A stretch of 24,000 nt of DNA from Methanothrix sp. (GTDB taxonomy: Archaea; Halobacteriota; Methanosarcinia; Methanotrichales; Methanotrichaceae): NCBI RefSeq assembly GCF_030055635.1, contig NZ_JASFYM010000004.1, forward strand, positions 18,541-42,540, given 5' to 3'. Shown one piece after another: positions 1 through 9,257 of the stretch; the stretch's first letter is position 1, and every line of letters starts with the position of its first letter. Both the position numbers and the translations under genes were made by a program. The notes beneath the pieces are model-generated. The model did no database searches, was not told where the DNA came from, and saw only the letters and a program-made list of their open reading frames with translations.

Positions 1-127
1 ATTCCACGCATCTATATGAGCTCTCGGTCTGGATTCTGGGATCCTGCTGATCTGAGGAGCGCGGAGTGGTGTCAGAAAGCCGGCGCTCCACTGTCAGACA
101 GCAAATGAGAACACGTTCAGGCCACAC

Positions 128-664
128 TCACATCGCAAAGATCTCCAGTATCCTTTTTGATATGTGCTCCGCTGCGCTTTCAGGGTCCATCGTGGTCGTG
201 TCGACTACAATTTCCGGTCTGAGAGGCTCCTCGTATGCCACACCGACGCCCGGGACCCTGGCGCCTGAGGCGGCTTTTTTGTATACGTTCTTCGGCGCGA
301 ACTCCGCCTTTCTGGCAGCCTCCCTTTCCATGCACACATCCAGTGGGGCCTTTATGTAAACCTCCGCGAACCTATCCACGAGCTTTCTCGCGAGATCTCT
401 GTAGCTCCTCCGGTTTGCAGTCGCATCGATGATCACATTGACGCCTGCATCGCATAGCAGCTTCGCCATGTATGCAAGGCTCGCATATACGATATCCCTC
501 TCCTCATCTGTGTACCTCGGATTAGGCGTTATCACCTTTCTTATCTCGTCGAGCTCCAGTATCCTGGCCTCGACGCCCATCCTCGAGAGGTGCTCCCTCG
601 TCCTTCTGGCGATCGTGGTCTTGCCGCATCCGGGAAGACCGGTGAACCATACAGCCCAGGCCAT
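128..664 (-). CDS. cysC: Adenylylsulfate (APS) kinase family P-loop kinase
   Basis: Track ORF 128..733. A Walker A motif, WFTGLPGCGKTT, follows directly after the internal Met (ATG at 664). LELDEIR sits where APS kinases have LDGDxxR. The C-terminal block VYKKAASGARVPGVGVAYEEPLRPEIVVDT resembles the APS-kinase YKKARAGEIxxFTGIDxPYExPxxPEL block. I prefer the start at 664 because the 23 upstream codons are Cys/Arg-rich and family members begin just before the P-loop. Confidence 0.75.
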   Translation of the reverse strand: MAWAVWFTGLPGCGKTTIARRTREHLSRMGVEARILELDEIRKVITPNPRYTDEERDIVYASLAYMAKLLCDAGVNVIIDATANRRSYRDLARKLVDRFAEVYIKAPLDVCMEREAARKAEFAPKNVYKKAASGARVPGVGVAYEEPLRPEIVVDTTTMDPESAAEHISKRILEIFAM

Positions 665-1013
665 GGTCAGGAGTGTGGCAGGCGATCTAATAAAGCTGCG
701 CACACAGCCAGCACAGCGAAAGCCATGCATCATCGGTTAAGGGTGGGTTTAACAGTGTGTGTGGTTCTGTGGCTGGCCACACGATATCCTGCATTAACCA
801 AAACAATACTCTTATTTTGGAAGAAAACATCCCTTATCTGGTTATTGGCTTTAATCTTATTCGGACAGATCCCAGAATATTTGAAAATTTTAATATAAGT
901 CGCTGGATCAATAAAAGCGGAACATATTAATATGCCACATTCAAGCTTTTAAGTCAAAACAAATGTAGTTATCTGAAAATCAGTCTGATGAAGGTTCATG
1001 AAATATCAACAAC

Positions 1014-2237
1014 TTGCAGTTTGGTGGTGAGATCGTGTTGGAGTATGATAGCATAACCAAAGCTAGGTCATTAAATCCAAAGCGGCTTAAGGTTCTGCAC
1101 ATTGCTGGTTTGTTTCCCACAAAGCAAAACCCTGTTGCAGGAATTTTTGTTTATGAGCATGTGAAGGCAACAGCACTACACTGTGAGGTGATTGTTATAT
1201 ATGCAGAAAGCGTATATGAGCAAGTTAATGGTCCTTATGAGATCGAAGACAATAGGGATAACACCATTCGTGTTTTGCGCATACGCTGCAGGAAGTCTCC
1301 TCTCCCCAAGACATCTTACCTCATTTATATGTGGGGTATATTTGCAGCATTTCGAAAGCTATTGCGTGAGGGGTGGCAGCCTGATGTTATTCATGGGCAT
1401 ATATACTCTGCAGGTGTTCCAGCAGTGCTGATAGGGAAGCGCTATGGAATACCGGTGGTTATCACCGAACATTATACGGGATTTCCGTTAGGGATAATTC
1501 GGGGTATTACCAAACAAATGGCGAAATTTGCCTTTGAGCAGGCAAACATGGTATGTCCGGTGAGTGATTATCTGAGAAGATGTATAGAGGCGTATGGAAT
1601 AAGGGCGCGTTTTCGTGTGGTCCCCAATGTTGTTGATACATCGCTTTTCGCACCTGAGGATACAACCCATATGAGAGAGTCGAATCTAAAGCGATTACTT
1701 CTTGTGGCATTGTTAACCCCCAAGAAAGGCGTGCCGACACTACTTCATGCTCTGGCCCTACTTAAGGAGGTGCGGAATGATTTCGTCCTAGATATTGTGG
1801 GTGATGGTCCGAATCGTGCTGAGTATGAAGACTTGTCTAGCAAACTTGATTTACAGGACATTGTCCGATTTCATGGATTTTTGAAAACTAAGCAAGAGGT
1901 TGCGAAATTCATGAAACAATGTGATATTTTTATTCTTCCCAGCTATGTTGAGACTTTCGGTGTGGTGCTGATCGAAGCTTTAGCTTGTGGGAAACCAGTA
2001 ATTGCTTCAGATATAGGGCCATCACGAGAGATTATAACTGATGCTGTGGGAAAACTTGTCGCACCTGGTAATTCAAAAGCTTTAGCGGAGGTTATCAATT
2101 ATATGTTAGACCATTATCAAAATTATTATCCGATAAAGCTAGCAGAATATGTTAGACAACGGTACAGTTATGAGATTATAGGAGAACAATTTTATAAAAT
2201 ATATAAAGAATTAAGTAATCCTACAAGTGGTGCGTGA
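1014..2237 (+). CDS. Glycosyltransferase, GT-B fold, family 4 (GT4)
   Basis: 407-aa ORF. Canonical GT4 C-terminal EX7E region, SYVETFGVVLIEALACGKPVIASDIG. N-terminal KVLHIAGLFP...GG-type start. The start codon is uncertain: TTG 1014, or in-frame GTG 1035 or TTG 1038. Confidence 0.8.
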   Translation: MQFGGEIVLEYDSITKARSLNPKRLKVLHIAGLFPTKQNPVAGIFVYEHVKATALHCEVIVIYAESVYEQVNGPYEIEDNRDNTIRVLRIRCRKSPLPKTSYLIYMWGIFAAFRKLLREGWQPDVIHGHIYSAGVPAVLIGKRYGIPVVITEHYTGFPLGIIRGITKQMAKFAFEQANMVCPVSDYLRRCIEAYGIRARFRVVPNVVDTSLFAPEDTTHMRESNLKRLLLVALLTPKKGVPTLLHALALLKEVRNDFVLDIVGDGPNRAEYEDLSSKLDLQDIVRFHGFLKTKQEVAKFMKQCDIFILPSYVETFGVVLIEALACGKPVIASDIGPSREIITDAVGKLVAPGNSKALAEVINYMLDHYQNYYPIKLAEYVRQRYSYEIIGEQFYKIYKELSNPTSGA

Positions 2238-2324
2238 ACGTTATGCACTGCTGCATGAGATTGGAACATAGTGAGAAACCAACCACCTTGTATCATATTA
2301 AATAAAATTATTTCAAATATATTT

Positions 2325-3653
2325 ATGAATAACAGAAATTTTGCTAGAGGAACGGCAGTCACATTTTGTGTAGGCATACTCAATTTGCTTTTGGGTATGG
2401 GAACTTCCGTCATTTTGGCCAGAATTCTGGGCCCAGAGGGTAATGGAGCATATTACATTGCTTTGCTTCTCCCTTCTTTTATCATAACTTTCGTCAACGT
2501 TGGGATTGGTCCTGCAACGGTCTACTACGTGGCCCGCGGTGAGTTTCGTTGGCAAGAGATTCTAGGGAATAACGTATTGCTCAGTATAGCTATTAGCGTC
2601 GCCGGAATTCTAACTGGTTTAATAGTTGTGATATTCTTTCGAGAAATAGTATTTCCCGGTATTATGACTGAATATCTTCTTCTAGCGTTAGTTCTTGTAC
2701 CATTGGAGATCTTTTTCTCCTACCTCCATTACATATTGCTTGGTGCACAGCGCATCGAGGATTATAATTACGCTCAGGTTTGTCAGTCTGTTCTTTTTTT
2801 TGGGTTTGTTTTTATTGCTCTTTTCCTTTTTAGAGCTGGAGTAGCTGGAGCAATACTTGCTGGAATATTTACGTGGATTATTGTAGATCTCATAATACTT
2901 CGATTAACTAAGAAGATTGCCGGAGGAATCAATTTTAAGCCCAACATTTGCTACATAAAGAGGGCAAGCAAATATGGTATTCAGGCGCATATATCAAATA
3001 TCCTGGGCTTTCTCAATTACCGGATAGACATGGTTCTTGTGAATTTCTTTTTAGGACCTGCAGCCGTTGGGCTTTACGCTGTGGGGGTCGGGCTGGTAGA
3101 AAGGCTCTGGATCATCTCCCAATCTGCTAGCACAGTTTTATTCCCAATAGTTTCTGCAGAGACTAATGAGCGTAGTAGGAAAGATTTTACTCCCTTAGTA
3201 GCTCGTACAGTAATGTGGATAACTACATTAGGCGCTTTAGCTTTCGTGTTTTTTAGTCGTTATATTGTACTTCTTCTGTATTCTGAGAAGTTTTTGCCCA
3301 CAGTCGGCGCTTTGCAGGCATTACTACCTGGGATAATAGCGCTTAGTGCTGGTAGAGTGTTGGCGAACGACATTGCTGGGCGGGGATTTCCACGCCTGAA
3401 TATTTACAGTGGAGTAGCTGCTGTAATTACTAATGTGGCCCTCAATCTATTATGGATTCCCACCTACGGGATTGTAGGTGCTGCTTGGGCTTCTACAGTA
3501 TCATATGTGGCTTCGTTCCTATGCTTTATCTACTTTTATTCTAAACTATCCGGCAACCGATGGAGCATAGTTGTTTTACCGCAAAAGGGTGATTTTTCAC
3601 TCTACTGGAAGAGTGCTAAAGCAACATTTAAGTGGGTGTGTTGGTGGAGGTAA
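2325..3653 (+). CDS. Polysaccharide/oligosaccharide flippase, Wzx / MOP superfamily (AglR-like)
   Basis: Highly hydrophobic product of about 440 aa with many predicted TM helices. The N-terminus NFARGTAVTFCVGILNLLLGMGTSVILARILGPEGNGAY is typical of Polysacc_synt family flippases. ATG 2325 is preferred over the track start 2271, whose extra codons are non-hydrophobic and AT-run derived. Confidence 0.8.
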   Translation: MNNRNFARGTAVTFCVGILNLLLGMGTSVILARILGPEGNGAYYIALLLPSFIITFVNVGIGPATVYYVARGEFRWQEILGNNVLLSIAISVAGILTGLIVVIFFREIVFPGIMTEYLLLALVLVPLEIFFSYLHYILLGAQRIEDYNYAQVCQSVLFFGFVFIALFLFRAGVAGAILAGIFTWIIVDLIILRLTKKIAGGINFKPNICYIKRASKYGIQAHISNILGFLNYRIDMVLVNFFLGPAAVGLYAVGVGLVERLWIISQSASTVLFPIVSAETNERSRKDFTPLVARTVMWITTLGALAFVFFSRYIVLLLYSEKFLPTVGALQALLPGIIALSAGRVLANDIAGRGFPRLNIYSGVAAVITNVALNLLWIPTYGIVGAAWASTVSYVASFLCFIYFYSKLSGNRWSIVVLPQKGDFSLYWKSAKATFKWVCWWR

Positions 3654-3716
3654 GAACTTTGAATCTAAGCTGCATCTGGAGTGGATCAAACAACTATAAA
3701 TTGTGGGGAGGTCAAG

Positions 3717-5567
3717 TTACACTGTCTGAGGTTGCAAATCATAAGCCCTTAACCAGAGTTCAAGATTGATAACCCTCCATATAAGTTCACTCCAGTTTTT
3801 TTGCACATTGTGTTTATCCTCTATCATTTTCTCAATCACTTCTGAGCGCCAGTACGGCCTAGACCTGAATTTATCTGATTTTATTATACTAAGAACCATA
3901 TCTCTAAACTGCTTGTTTTCAAGCCAATTATCATCTGGCGTTGCGAACCCAATCTTATCCTTACGTGATAGGATCATCTCAGATACAAGACCCTTTAGTG
4001 CCCTTCGCAGTATATATTTAGTAATGCCGTTCCGTATCTTTAAATTTGCAGGAAGGCCGGAAACAAACTCTACCAGCCGATAGTCCAAAAAAGGTACTCT
4101 CGATTCTATGCTCCACCGCATGGAGTTCTTGTCCTCGTAGCGTAAAAGCTGCGGTAGGCTGTACTTAATAAGATCGCTCCAGAGCGCATGGTTCAGGCTG
4201 AAACCTCTCTCCTTTATAATATTGACACTGGATCCTTTATAGAAAGGTTTGAGATATTTTAGCCTTTTGTTCCAGAGATAATGAAAAACAGAAGTAAGGC
4301 CAAGCTTTAAAGCAATTGTTGCCGAAAAAAATAGCATTAATTCTAATGGTGTTTCTTCTGCTGACTGCAATGCTTTTGCAGCTTCACGTAGCTGCATGTG
4401 AATTAAAGAATCAAAAATATAATATTTCATATAAATTCGATAACCTGCAAATAGTTCGTCAGCACCTTGGCCATCCAGTAGGACTTTCATTCCCGTTTCA
4501 TTTGCTAGCTTCATAACACGATACTGACCATATATGCTCAAAGAACGAAATGGTTCCTCCTGTGTGCGAATAAGGTCCTGTAGATCCGCAATCAGATCTT
4601 CGGTGGTAGGAGTTACCGTGAATGCATTAACTTTTGTATCCTTAACAACCTCACGAATATAATGCGATTCGTCCATCCTATGATTAGGAAAAACCATAGA
4701 AAACGTATTAATTAATTGATTGATCTTGGATTTCTTCATGATGTAAACAATGGCTGATGAGTCAATTCCACCACTCAGACAGGACCCAACAGGAACATCA
4801 GCAATAAGTCTATATCGGACACTGTCCTCTAAAAGGGATCGTACCTTTGCTTTAACCGTCTCCTCATCGTAAAAATCCGTTCTGGGGATTTTATTTAAAC
4901 GATCTTTTAAGTTGTACCAAGAGATTAGTTTCATATCCTTTCGCTGGAGATCATAAATCATATTTTCTCCAGGCATAAGTCTGTGAATGCCTGAGAAGAA
5001 CGTCTCACGTCTGTGATCCATTAAACCAAACGCCAGATAATCATATATGACGCTGTCTTCTGGATGCACTTTGAAATCGTGCTCTAATATTCCTTTAATC
5101 TCTGAGCAAAATATCAAGCCTTTATCGCTGATATGATAGTACAGTGGCTTTACACCAAACCTATCTCGGCTGAGGAAAAGCTCTTTTTTCGCTTTATTGT
5201 AGATTGCAAAGGCCCACATGCCATTAAATTTCTCCACGCAATAAGGGCCCCACTCCTCATATGAATGCAATACCACCTCGGTGTCGGTTTTGGAGCGAAA
5301 TTTATGACCTGCAGAAACAAGTATTGAGCGAAGTTCCACAAAATTATATATTTCTCCATTATATACGATCCACATGCTTTCATCTTCATTGGGCATCGGC
5401 TGATGACCAGCAGACGAAAGATCGATTATAGAAAGCCTGCAATGACCCAAGCTTACGAGCTCATCTATGTATGTACCGGCATCATCTGGACCTCTGTGTT
5501 TTATCGCATGATTCATCTTTGAGATTAGCTCTTGATCATTCCAGGTAAAGCCACATATTCCGCACAT
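3717..5567 (-). CDS. asnB: Asparagine synthase (glutamine-hydrolysing)-type amidotransferase
   Basis: MCGICGF N-terminus supplies the Ntn nucleophile Cys directly after Met, so the start is at 5567 rather than 5594. PP-loop CLSGGIDSSAIV. C-terminal YEDKNSMRWSIESRVPFLD block typical of AsnB. Length is about 616 aa. Confidence 0.85.
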   Translation of the reverse strand: MCGICGFTWNDQELISKMNHAIKHRGPDDAGTYIDELVSLGHCRLSIIDLSSAGHQPMPNEDESMWIVYNGEIYNFVELRSILVSAGHKFRSKTDTEVVLHSYEEWGPYCVEKFNGMWAFAIYNKAKKELFLSRDRFGVKPLYYHISDKGLIFCSEIKGILEHDFKVHPEDSVIYDYLAFGLMDHRRETFFSGIHRLMPGENMIYDLQRKDMKLISWYNLKDRLNKIPRTDFYDEETVKAKVRSLLEDSVRYRLIADVPVGSCLSGGIDSSAIVYIMKKSKINQLINTFSMVFPNHRMDESHYIREVVKDTKVNAFTVTPTTEDLIADLQDLIRTQEEPFRSLSIYGQYRVMKLANETGMKVLLDGQGADELFAGYRIYMKYYIFDSLIHMQLREAAKALQSAEETPLELMLFFSATIALKLGLTSVFHYLWNKRLKYLKPFYKGSSVNIIKERGFSLNHALWSDLIKYSLPQLLRYEDKNSMRWSIESRVPFLDYRLVEFVSGLPANLKIRNGITKYILRRALKGLVSEMILSRKDKIGFATPDDNWLENKQFRDMVLSIIKSDKFRSRPYWRSEVIEKMIEDKHNVQKNWSELIWRVINLELWLRAYDLQPQTV

Positions 5568-5750
5568 CACATGATGTTTTGAGAGACTAGGCAAAGTATT
5601 TTGCGGATAGACCTATTTTAAGGCATATCTAGTTGAATCCACTCATTAGTATAGAATAATAATAGAACCCTCTGATCCAGAAAGCTCTACTCAATCTGGA
5701 TCTCCGGTAATTTGCGGATGTGATCCTAAGTTGTTATGAAGATACGAACA

Positions 5751-6953
5751 TCAAGATAGAGTATTATAAAGCCCAACCAAGGTATTTGCAGATTTTTCCC
5801 AGTTGAAGCGAGTCTCTGCTGCCATTTTACCATTCTTTCCGAGCTGCTCAAGCATTCCTTTAGATTTGGCCTCTATGACTTTCATGGCAAGATCTTTGTG
5901 GTTACCCGCCTGAAATATTATTCCGCATTTGGACTCGGATATCATCCTTTTAAGGGATGCAACATCACTAGCCAAAATGGGCTTTCCATAATACATATAT
6001 TGGCACATCTTATGGGGAAAAGATTTCTCTGTAAGACGGTTTCGGTCGTATGGCAAAGCACATAGGTTGCTGATTTTAATATACTTCATCGCTTCGATAA
6101 ATGGAATCCAACCCGTAAAAGTCACGTGGTTATCTAACTTTAGCTCTCTAACTAAATTCCTGAGTTTTGCTTCGATTAAACCATCTCCCACCAAGATCAG
6201 ATGCGCCTCAGGAATTGATGAAATGATTAAAGGCATAGCCTTCAACAAAGTTTCTAATCCTCTGTGGTTTGAGAAACCCCCTACATAAGAAATTATGAAT
6301 TTTTTATCAAATTTTTGGAGACCGGATGTCTCTGATACAACTTCTGATATATTATCAAGTTCATCCAAATCTACTGCATTATGCACAACAAAGATTTTTT
6401 CTTTTGGATAACCCATCTTTACCAGTCTGTCGATCTCTTCCTCAACAACTACTATTATACGGTCTACACATTTAAGACAAAACTTTTCTTCTATGGCTAA
6501 AATCTTAGATAGCAAGATTATAGCAGCGCTCTTTATACCCTTCTCTGTCTTGAAACCCCAAGAGTAAATCATTTCCACATAATCTTCATGCATATCGAAA
6601 ACTACTGGTTTCTTCAGTAGTCTGCCAGCAACACAGGTCGCTAATGCAAGAGGAAGATCATGCACATGAAGGACGTCGGCTCTATTTTTAACAGATGTTT
6701 TTATAATATGAAATACTAATAAATATCTATATAGAAAATAATATAAAAATCCGCCTAGCGACTGGACGTCGTAAAACGGAAGGTTGACCCTGTTTATCTT
6801 TATCTGATCTAAGGTTTCTTCACTTTTTTGGCTTTTTCCTTTCCTGCATAATAAAAACACACTATGCCCAGCCTTTGAAAGTGATTTCGATTCCTTTTTA
6901 ACCCTGATATCTGGAGGATATAAGTTATCAGACAGTATCATCTGTATGTTCAT
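5751..6953 (-). CDS. Glycosyltransferase, GT-B fold, GT4 (WbuB-like KxxxY subtype)
   Basis: About 400 aa. HVHDLPLAL N-domain motif. C-domain FISYVGGFSNHRGLETLLKAM...LILVGDG...FPHKMCQYMYYGKPILASD. The track start is TTG 6995; ATG 6953 (MNIQMILSD) is preferred. Confidence 0.8.
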   Translation of the reverse strand: MNIQMILSDNLYPPDIRVKKESKSLSKAGHSVFLLCRKGKSQKSEETLDQIKINRVNLPFYDVQSLGGFLYYFLYRYLLVFHIIKTSVKNRADVLHVHDLPLALATCVAGRLLKKPVVFDMHEDYVEMIYSWGFKTEKGIKSAAIILLSKILAIEEKFCLKCVDRIIVVVEEEIDRLVKMGYPKEKIFVVHNAVDLDELDNISEVVSETSGLQKFDKKFIISYVGGFSNHRGLETLLKAMPLIISSIPEAHLILVGDGLIEAKLRNLVRELKLDNHVTFTGWIPFIEAMKYIKISNLCALPYDRNRLTEKSFPHKMCQYMYYGKPILASDVASLKRMISESKCGIIFQAGNHKDLAMKVIEAKSKGMLEQLGKNGKMAAETRFNWEKSANTLVGLYNTLS

Positions 6954-7035
6954 GCTCTCAGATCCACCCCTAAGTACATTAGAGATGTAACCCAAACCAC
7001 GACAGCACGTATAACTTCCAGTCCAACACTCCCAT

Positions 7036-8013
7036 CTACCCCCACACCCTCTCGTACACCTCTTTCACCCGCTCCACGTTCTCCTCCCAGAACCTGTAGT
7101 CGCTCTCCTTCATTCTTTCAGGCTCTCTCTCCATGCTCTCCTCCACTGCGCCTCTAAGCTCGTTGCTCCTCACGACCCTGAGGTTCTTCCTCTTCTCCTC
7201 CAGAGTGATCCCAGCAGCGACAACCTGCTTTCCCAGGTTCAGGTACTCGTTCAGCTTCCATATGCTCTTGTCTGTTGAGTACAAGGTAAGCGCGTTCTCC
7301 CTTCTCGGTATTATGCAGACTCTGGCCCTTCTCACAAGCGCTGCGACCCTGGTGTGCGGCTGCCAGCCGAGCGCTTTAACGTTCTCTGTCTTTCTCCTGA
7401 GGTACCACCATGCGAACGGCCCGCCTCCCACGATCCAGAACTCCCTCTCCTGCATATCCCTCGCGAGCCTGAGAAGTGAATCAATGCCCTCCTGCTCGCA
7501 TACCCGCCCGACGAATATCACAGCATCCTCTGACTCGAGATCATCTCCAACCTCCGTGAAGCTCCTCTGCGGGTAATTTGGGATCACATGTATCTCCTTT
7601 CCGGGCGCATAGGACCTGGCCTTCTCCTTCAAAGGGGTGTTCACCGTGGTTATAAGATCAGCAGCCTCAGCCAGCTGCCGCTCGAAGCGCTCGCATACAC
7701 CCCTCGCGATGGAACCGAAGCGCAGCTGCGTCTCCACACCCCATGGGGATCTGTAGTCGTATATGAGGCGTCTGTATCCAGATCCACGCAGCGCGGGAAG
7801 CCAGTGGTATATGACATCAGGAACGTTGAAGAGATGAACGACATCAGGCCTTTCCCTCAGAATGATCTCTCTGGCCTTTCTTGCTATGGAGATCCAGTTG
7901 ACCGTACCAAATCTCGGGACCACGGTCTCATATCCGAGATCCCTCAGCGTAGCCTCGAAGAGCCTGAGCCTCGTCGTCCTCTCCGGCTGGTTTGCAAGAA
8001 GCAGCACCCTCAT
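7036..8013 (-). CDS. Glycosyltransferase (GT-B-like, short)
   Basis: 325 aa and GC-rich. MRVLLLANQPE start, VVHLFNVPD, IFVGRVCEQEGIDSLLRLA...WIVGGGP, and KLNEYLNLGKQVV in place of the EX7E segment. The assignment rests on motif layout only. Confidence 0.65.
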   Translation of the reverse strand: MRVLLLANQPERTTRLRLFEATLRDLGYETVVPRFGTVNWISIARKAREIILRERPDVVHLFNVPDVIYHWLPALRGSGYRRLIYDYRSPWGVETQLRFGSIARGVCERFERQLAEAADLITTVNTPLKEKARSYAPGKEIHVIPNYPQRSFTEVGDDLESEDAVIFVGRVCEQEGIDSLLRLARDMQEREFWIVGGGPFAWWYLRRKTENVKALGWQPHTRVAALVRRARVCIIPRRENALTLYSTDKSIWKLNEYLNLGKQVVAAGITLEEKRKNLRVVRSNELRGAVEESMEREPERMKESDYRFWEENVERVKEVYERVWG

Positions 8014-8063
8014 CTGAGTTCATCTCCACCTTCGAGCAGCGGTGGTTGCAGTTCCTGCTCTCA

Positions 8064-9185
8064 TCAATCTTCCGCAGCCCTCCTCAGCACGCCCTCGTAC
8101 CTGGCTGCAAGGGCACGCCAGTCGTATCTCTCAGCGATCTCCCTGTACCTTCTCCGATCCTGTGGACTCTCCAGAATCCTTTTGACCTGCTGTATGAAGC
8201 TATCTCTGTCATCATAGTAGTAGAGGCTGTCCCCGAGAAGCCGCTCGAGCGAGAGCATTCTTGTGGTGAGAACAGGCCTGCCGCATGCGAGGTAGTTGAA
8301 GATCTTGCCGCCTGCGGCATACTCGTTCTTCTTCATCATTCTCAGAGGATTGAGACCTATGTCCATCGCAGATATGTACCTGCCGAGCTCCGCGTAAGGC
8401 ACAGCTCCAGTGAAGATGATCCTGTCCCTAATACCCAGCCTCTCAGCCATATCCTTTATGCGCTCGCCGTAGTCCGTGAACAGGCTCGGGCCCACAACGA
8501 GCAGTGTGACATTGAGCTCAGGAAGAGCGCTCACAACGGTCTCGAGATCGACCCAGTACTCCAGCGATCCGACGTAGCCTATCACATCGCCCTCAAGGCC
8601 AAGAGCGCTCTTGGCCTTCCCGGCGTCGATCGGTTTCAGGAGAGCTGTATCCACGCCGTTCGGAATGACCTCGACATCACGAACACCGATGCCCCTGAGA
8701 TACTCTTTGAGCTCCTGGGTCACGGTGATCACAGCCCTGGCGTGCCTGAGGTTGTACCTTGTGATCGCCCTGACCCCGAGCTTGACAGCCCTGCCGAAGA
8801 GCGATCCCGGGTAGTATATCGATGCGGACTCCTCCAGGTGATCGAGATAGTCGAAGACCACCGGAGCATCTGTGAGGTTCGCCATGAGCGAAGGGAGTAT
8901 GTTCGCTGAGAGTATCACATCAGAGTCACTGGCAGCATCGCGAATCACGCGGAGATGAGATAAAGCGCTTGTGATGTAGTAAATGGACGGGTCCTCAGCT
9001 CTGGAGGATCCTGCCCTCACAAGAGAGCATCTCGTCCATCTCGGGCTGTTATCCCTGAACCTCGAGAGCTCGAAGTGCAGGACCCGCACATCATGCCTCT
9101 CCGCTATTATATCGAATATGAAATTCAATCGATTTGGAAATGGGTGCCTTATCCAGTCGGTTGTAGGTATGACCAGTATCTTCAT
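8064..9185 (-). CDS. Glycosyltransferase, GT-B fold, GT4
   Basis: MKILVIPTTDW start (ATG 9185; the track start 9209 adds 8 codons). IGYVGSLEYWVDLETVVSAL...LLVVGP...IFTGAVPYAEL...GGKIFNYLACGRPVLTT. Confidence 0.8.
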   Translation of the reverse strand: MKILVIPTTDWIRHPFPNRLNFIFDIIAERHDVRVLHFELSRFRDNSPRWTRCSLVRAGSSRAEDPSIYYITSALSHLRVIRDAASDSDVILSANILPSLMANLTDAPVVFDYLDHLEESASIYYPGSLFGRAVKLGVRAITRYNLRHARAVITVTQELKEYLRGIGVRDVEVIPNGVDTALLKPIDAGKAKSALGLEGDVIGYVGSLEYWVDLETVVSALPELNVTLLVVGPSLFTDYGERIKDMAERLGIRDRIIFTGAVPYAELGRYISAMDIGLNPLRMMKKNEYAAGGKIFNYLACGRPVLTTRMLSLERLLGDSLYYYDDRDSFIQQVKRILESPQDRRRYREIAERYDWRALAARYEGVLRRAAED

Positions 9186-9257
9186 GGGCGATCTGAGGAG
9201 AATCACCAAAATATATAAACTAGCTGCATATCTGGTTTCTGTTCAGGGCGTGAGAAT

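Larger units (their letters stand above)
780..7000. other. AT-rich compositional island carrying four glycan-biosynthesis genes; putative horizontally acquired cassette
   Basis: Hand counts on single 60-nt lines. Inside the island: line 2281 has 10/60 G+C and line 4201 has 18/60. Outside: line 7081 has 32/60 and line 10021 has 34/60. The shift is abrupt near 780 on the left and near 6960-7040 on the right. All four island genes use A/T-ending codons, while flanking genes use G/C-ending codons. Confidence 0.7.

Noticed and set aside
1-127. Open frames touching the left edge. Plus frame 1 is open from base 1 to TGA 106-108 and reads ...SGFWDPADLRSAEWCQKAGAPLSDSK. One minus-strand frame also has no stop in 1-127.
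   Set aside because: At most 35 codons are visible and there is no recognisable motif. I cannot decide which strand, if either, is coding.
768-781. Near-perfect 14-nt palindrome TGTGGCTGGCCACA upstream of the APS kinase gene, at the left island boundary.
   Set aside because: A palindrome with 6-bp arms is expected several times by chance in 24 kb. I found no second copy and no matching sequence at the right island boundary.
590-898. Plus-strand ORF 590..898, spanning the GC-to-AT transition.
   Set aside because: Its first half is antisense to the APS kinase gene. Its second half is AT-rich intergenic sequence that simply lacks stops. There is no protein-like pattern.
5600-5719. 9-nt direct repeat TTTGCGGAT (5600-5608 and 5711-5719) and a 7-bp hairpin GATCCAG/CTGGATC (5674-5702), between the island GT4 and asnB.
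   Set aside because: Statistical support is marginal in a 155-nt AT-rich spacer, and no oligo-T tract follows the hairpin on the transcribed strand. It could be a promoter or operator, but that cannot be supported from sequence alone.
7133-8909. Plus-strand ORFs 7133..7576, 7588..8217, 7992..8909 and 8611..8814, lying opposite the GC-rich glycosyltransferase genes.
   Set aside because: Their products are Ser/Arg/Pro/Leu-rich with no motifs, and they lie entirely antisense to ORFs with clear GT-B motifs. These are typical shadow ORFs of GC-rich coding DNA.
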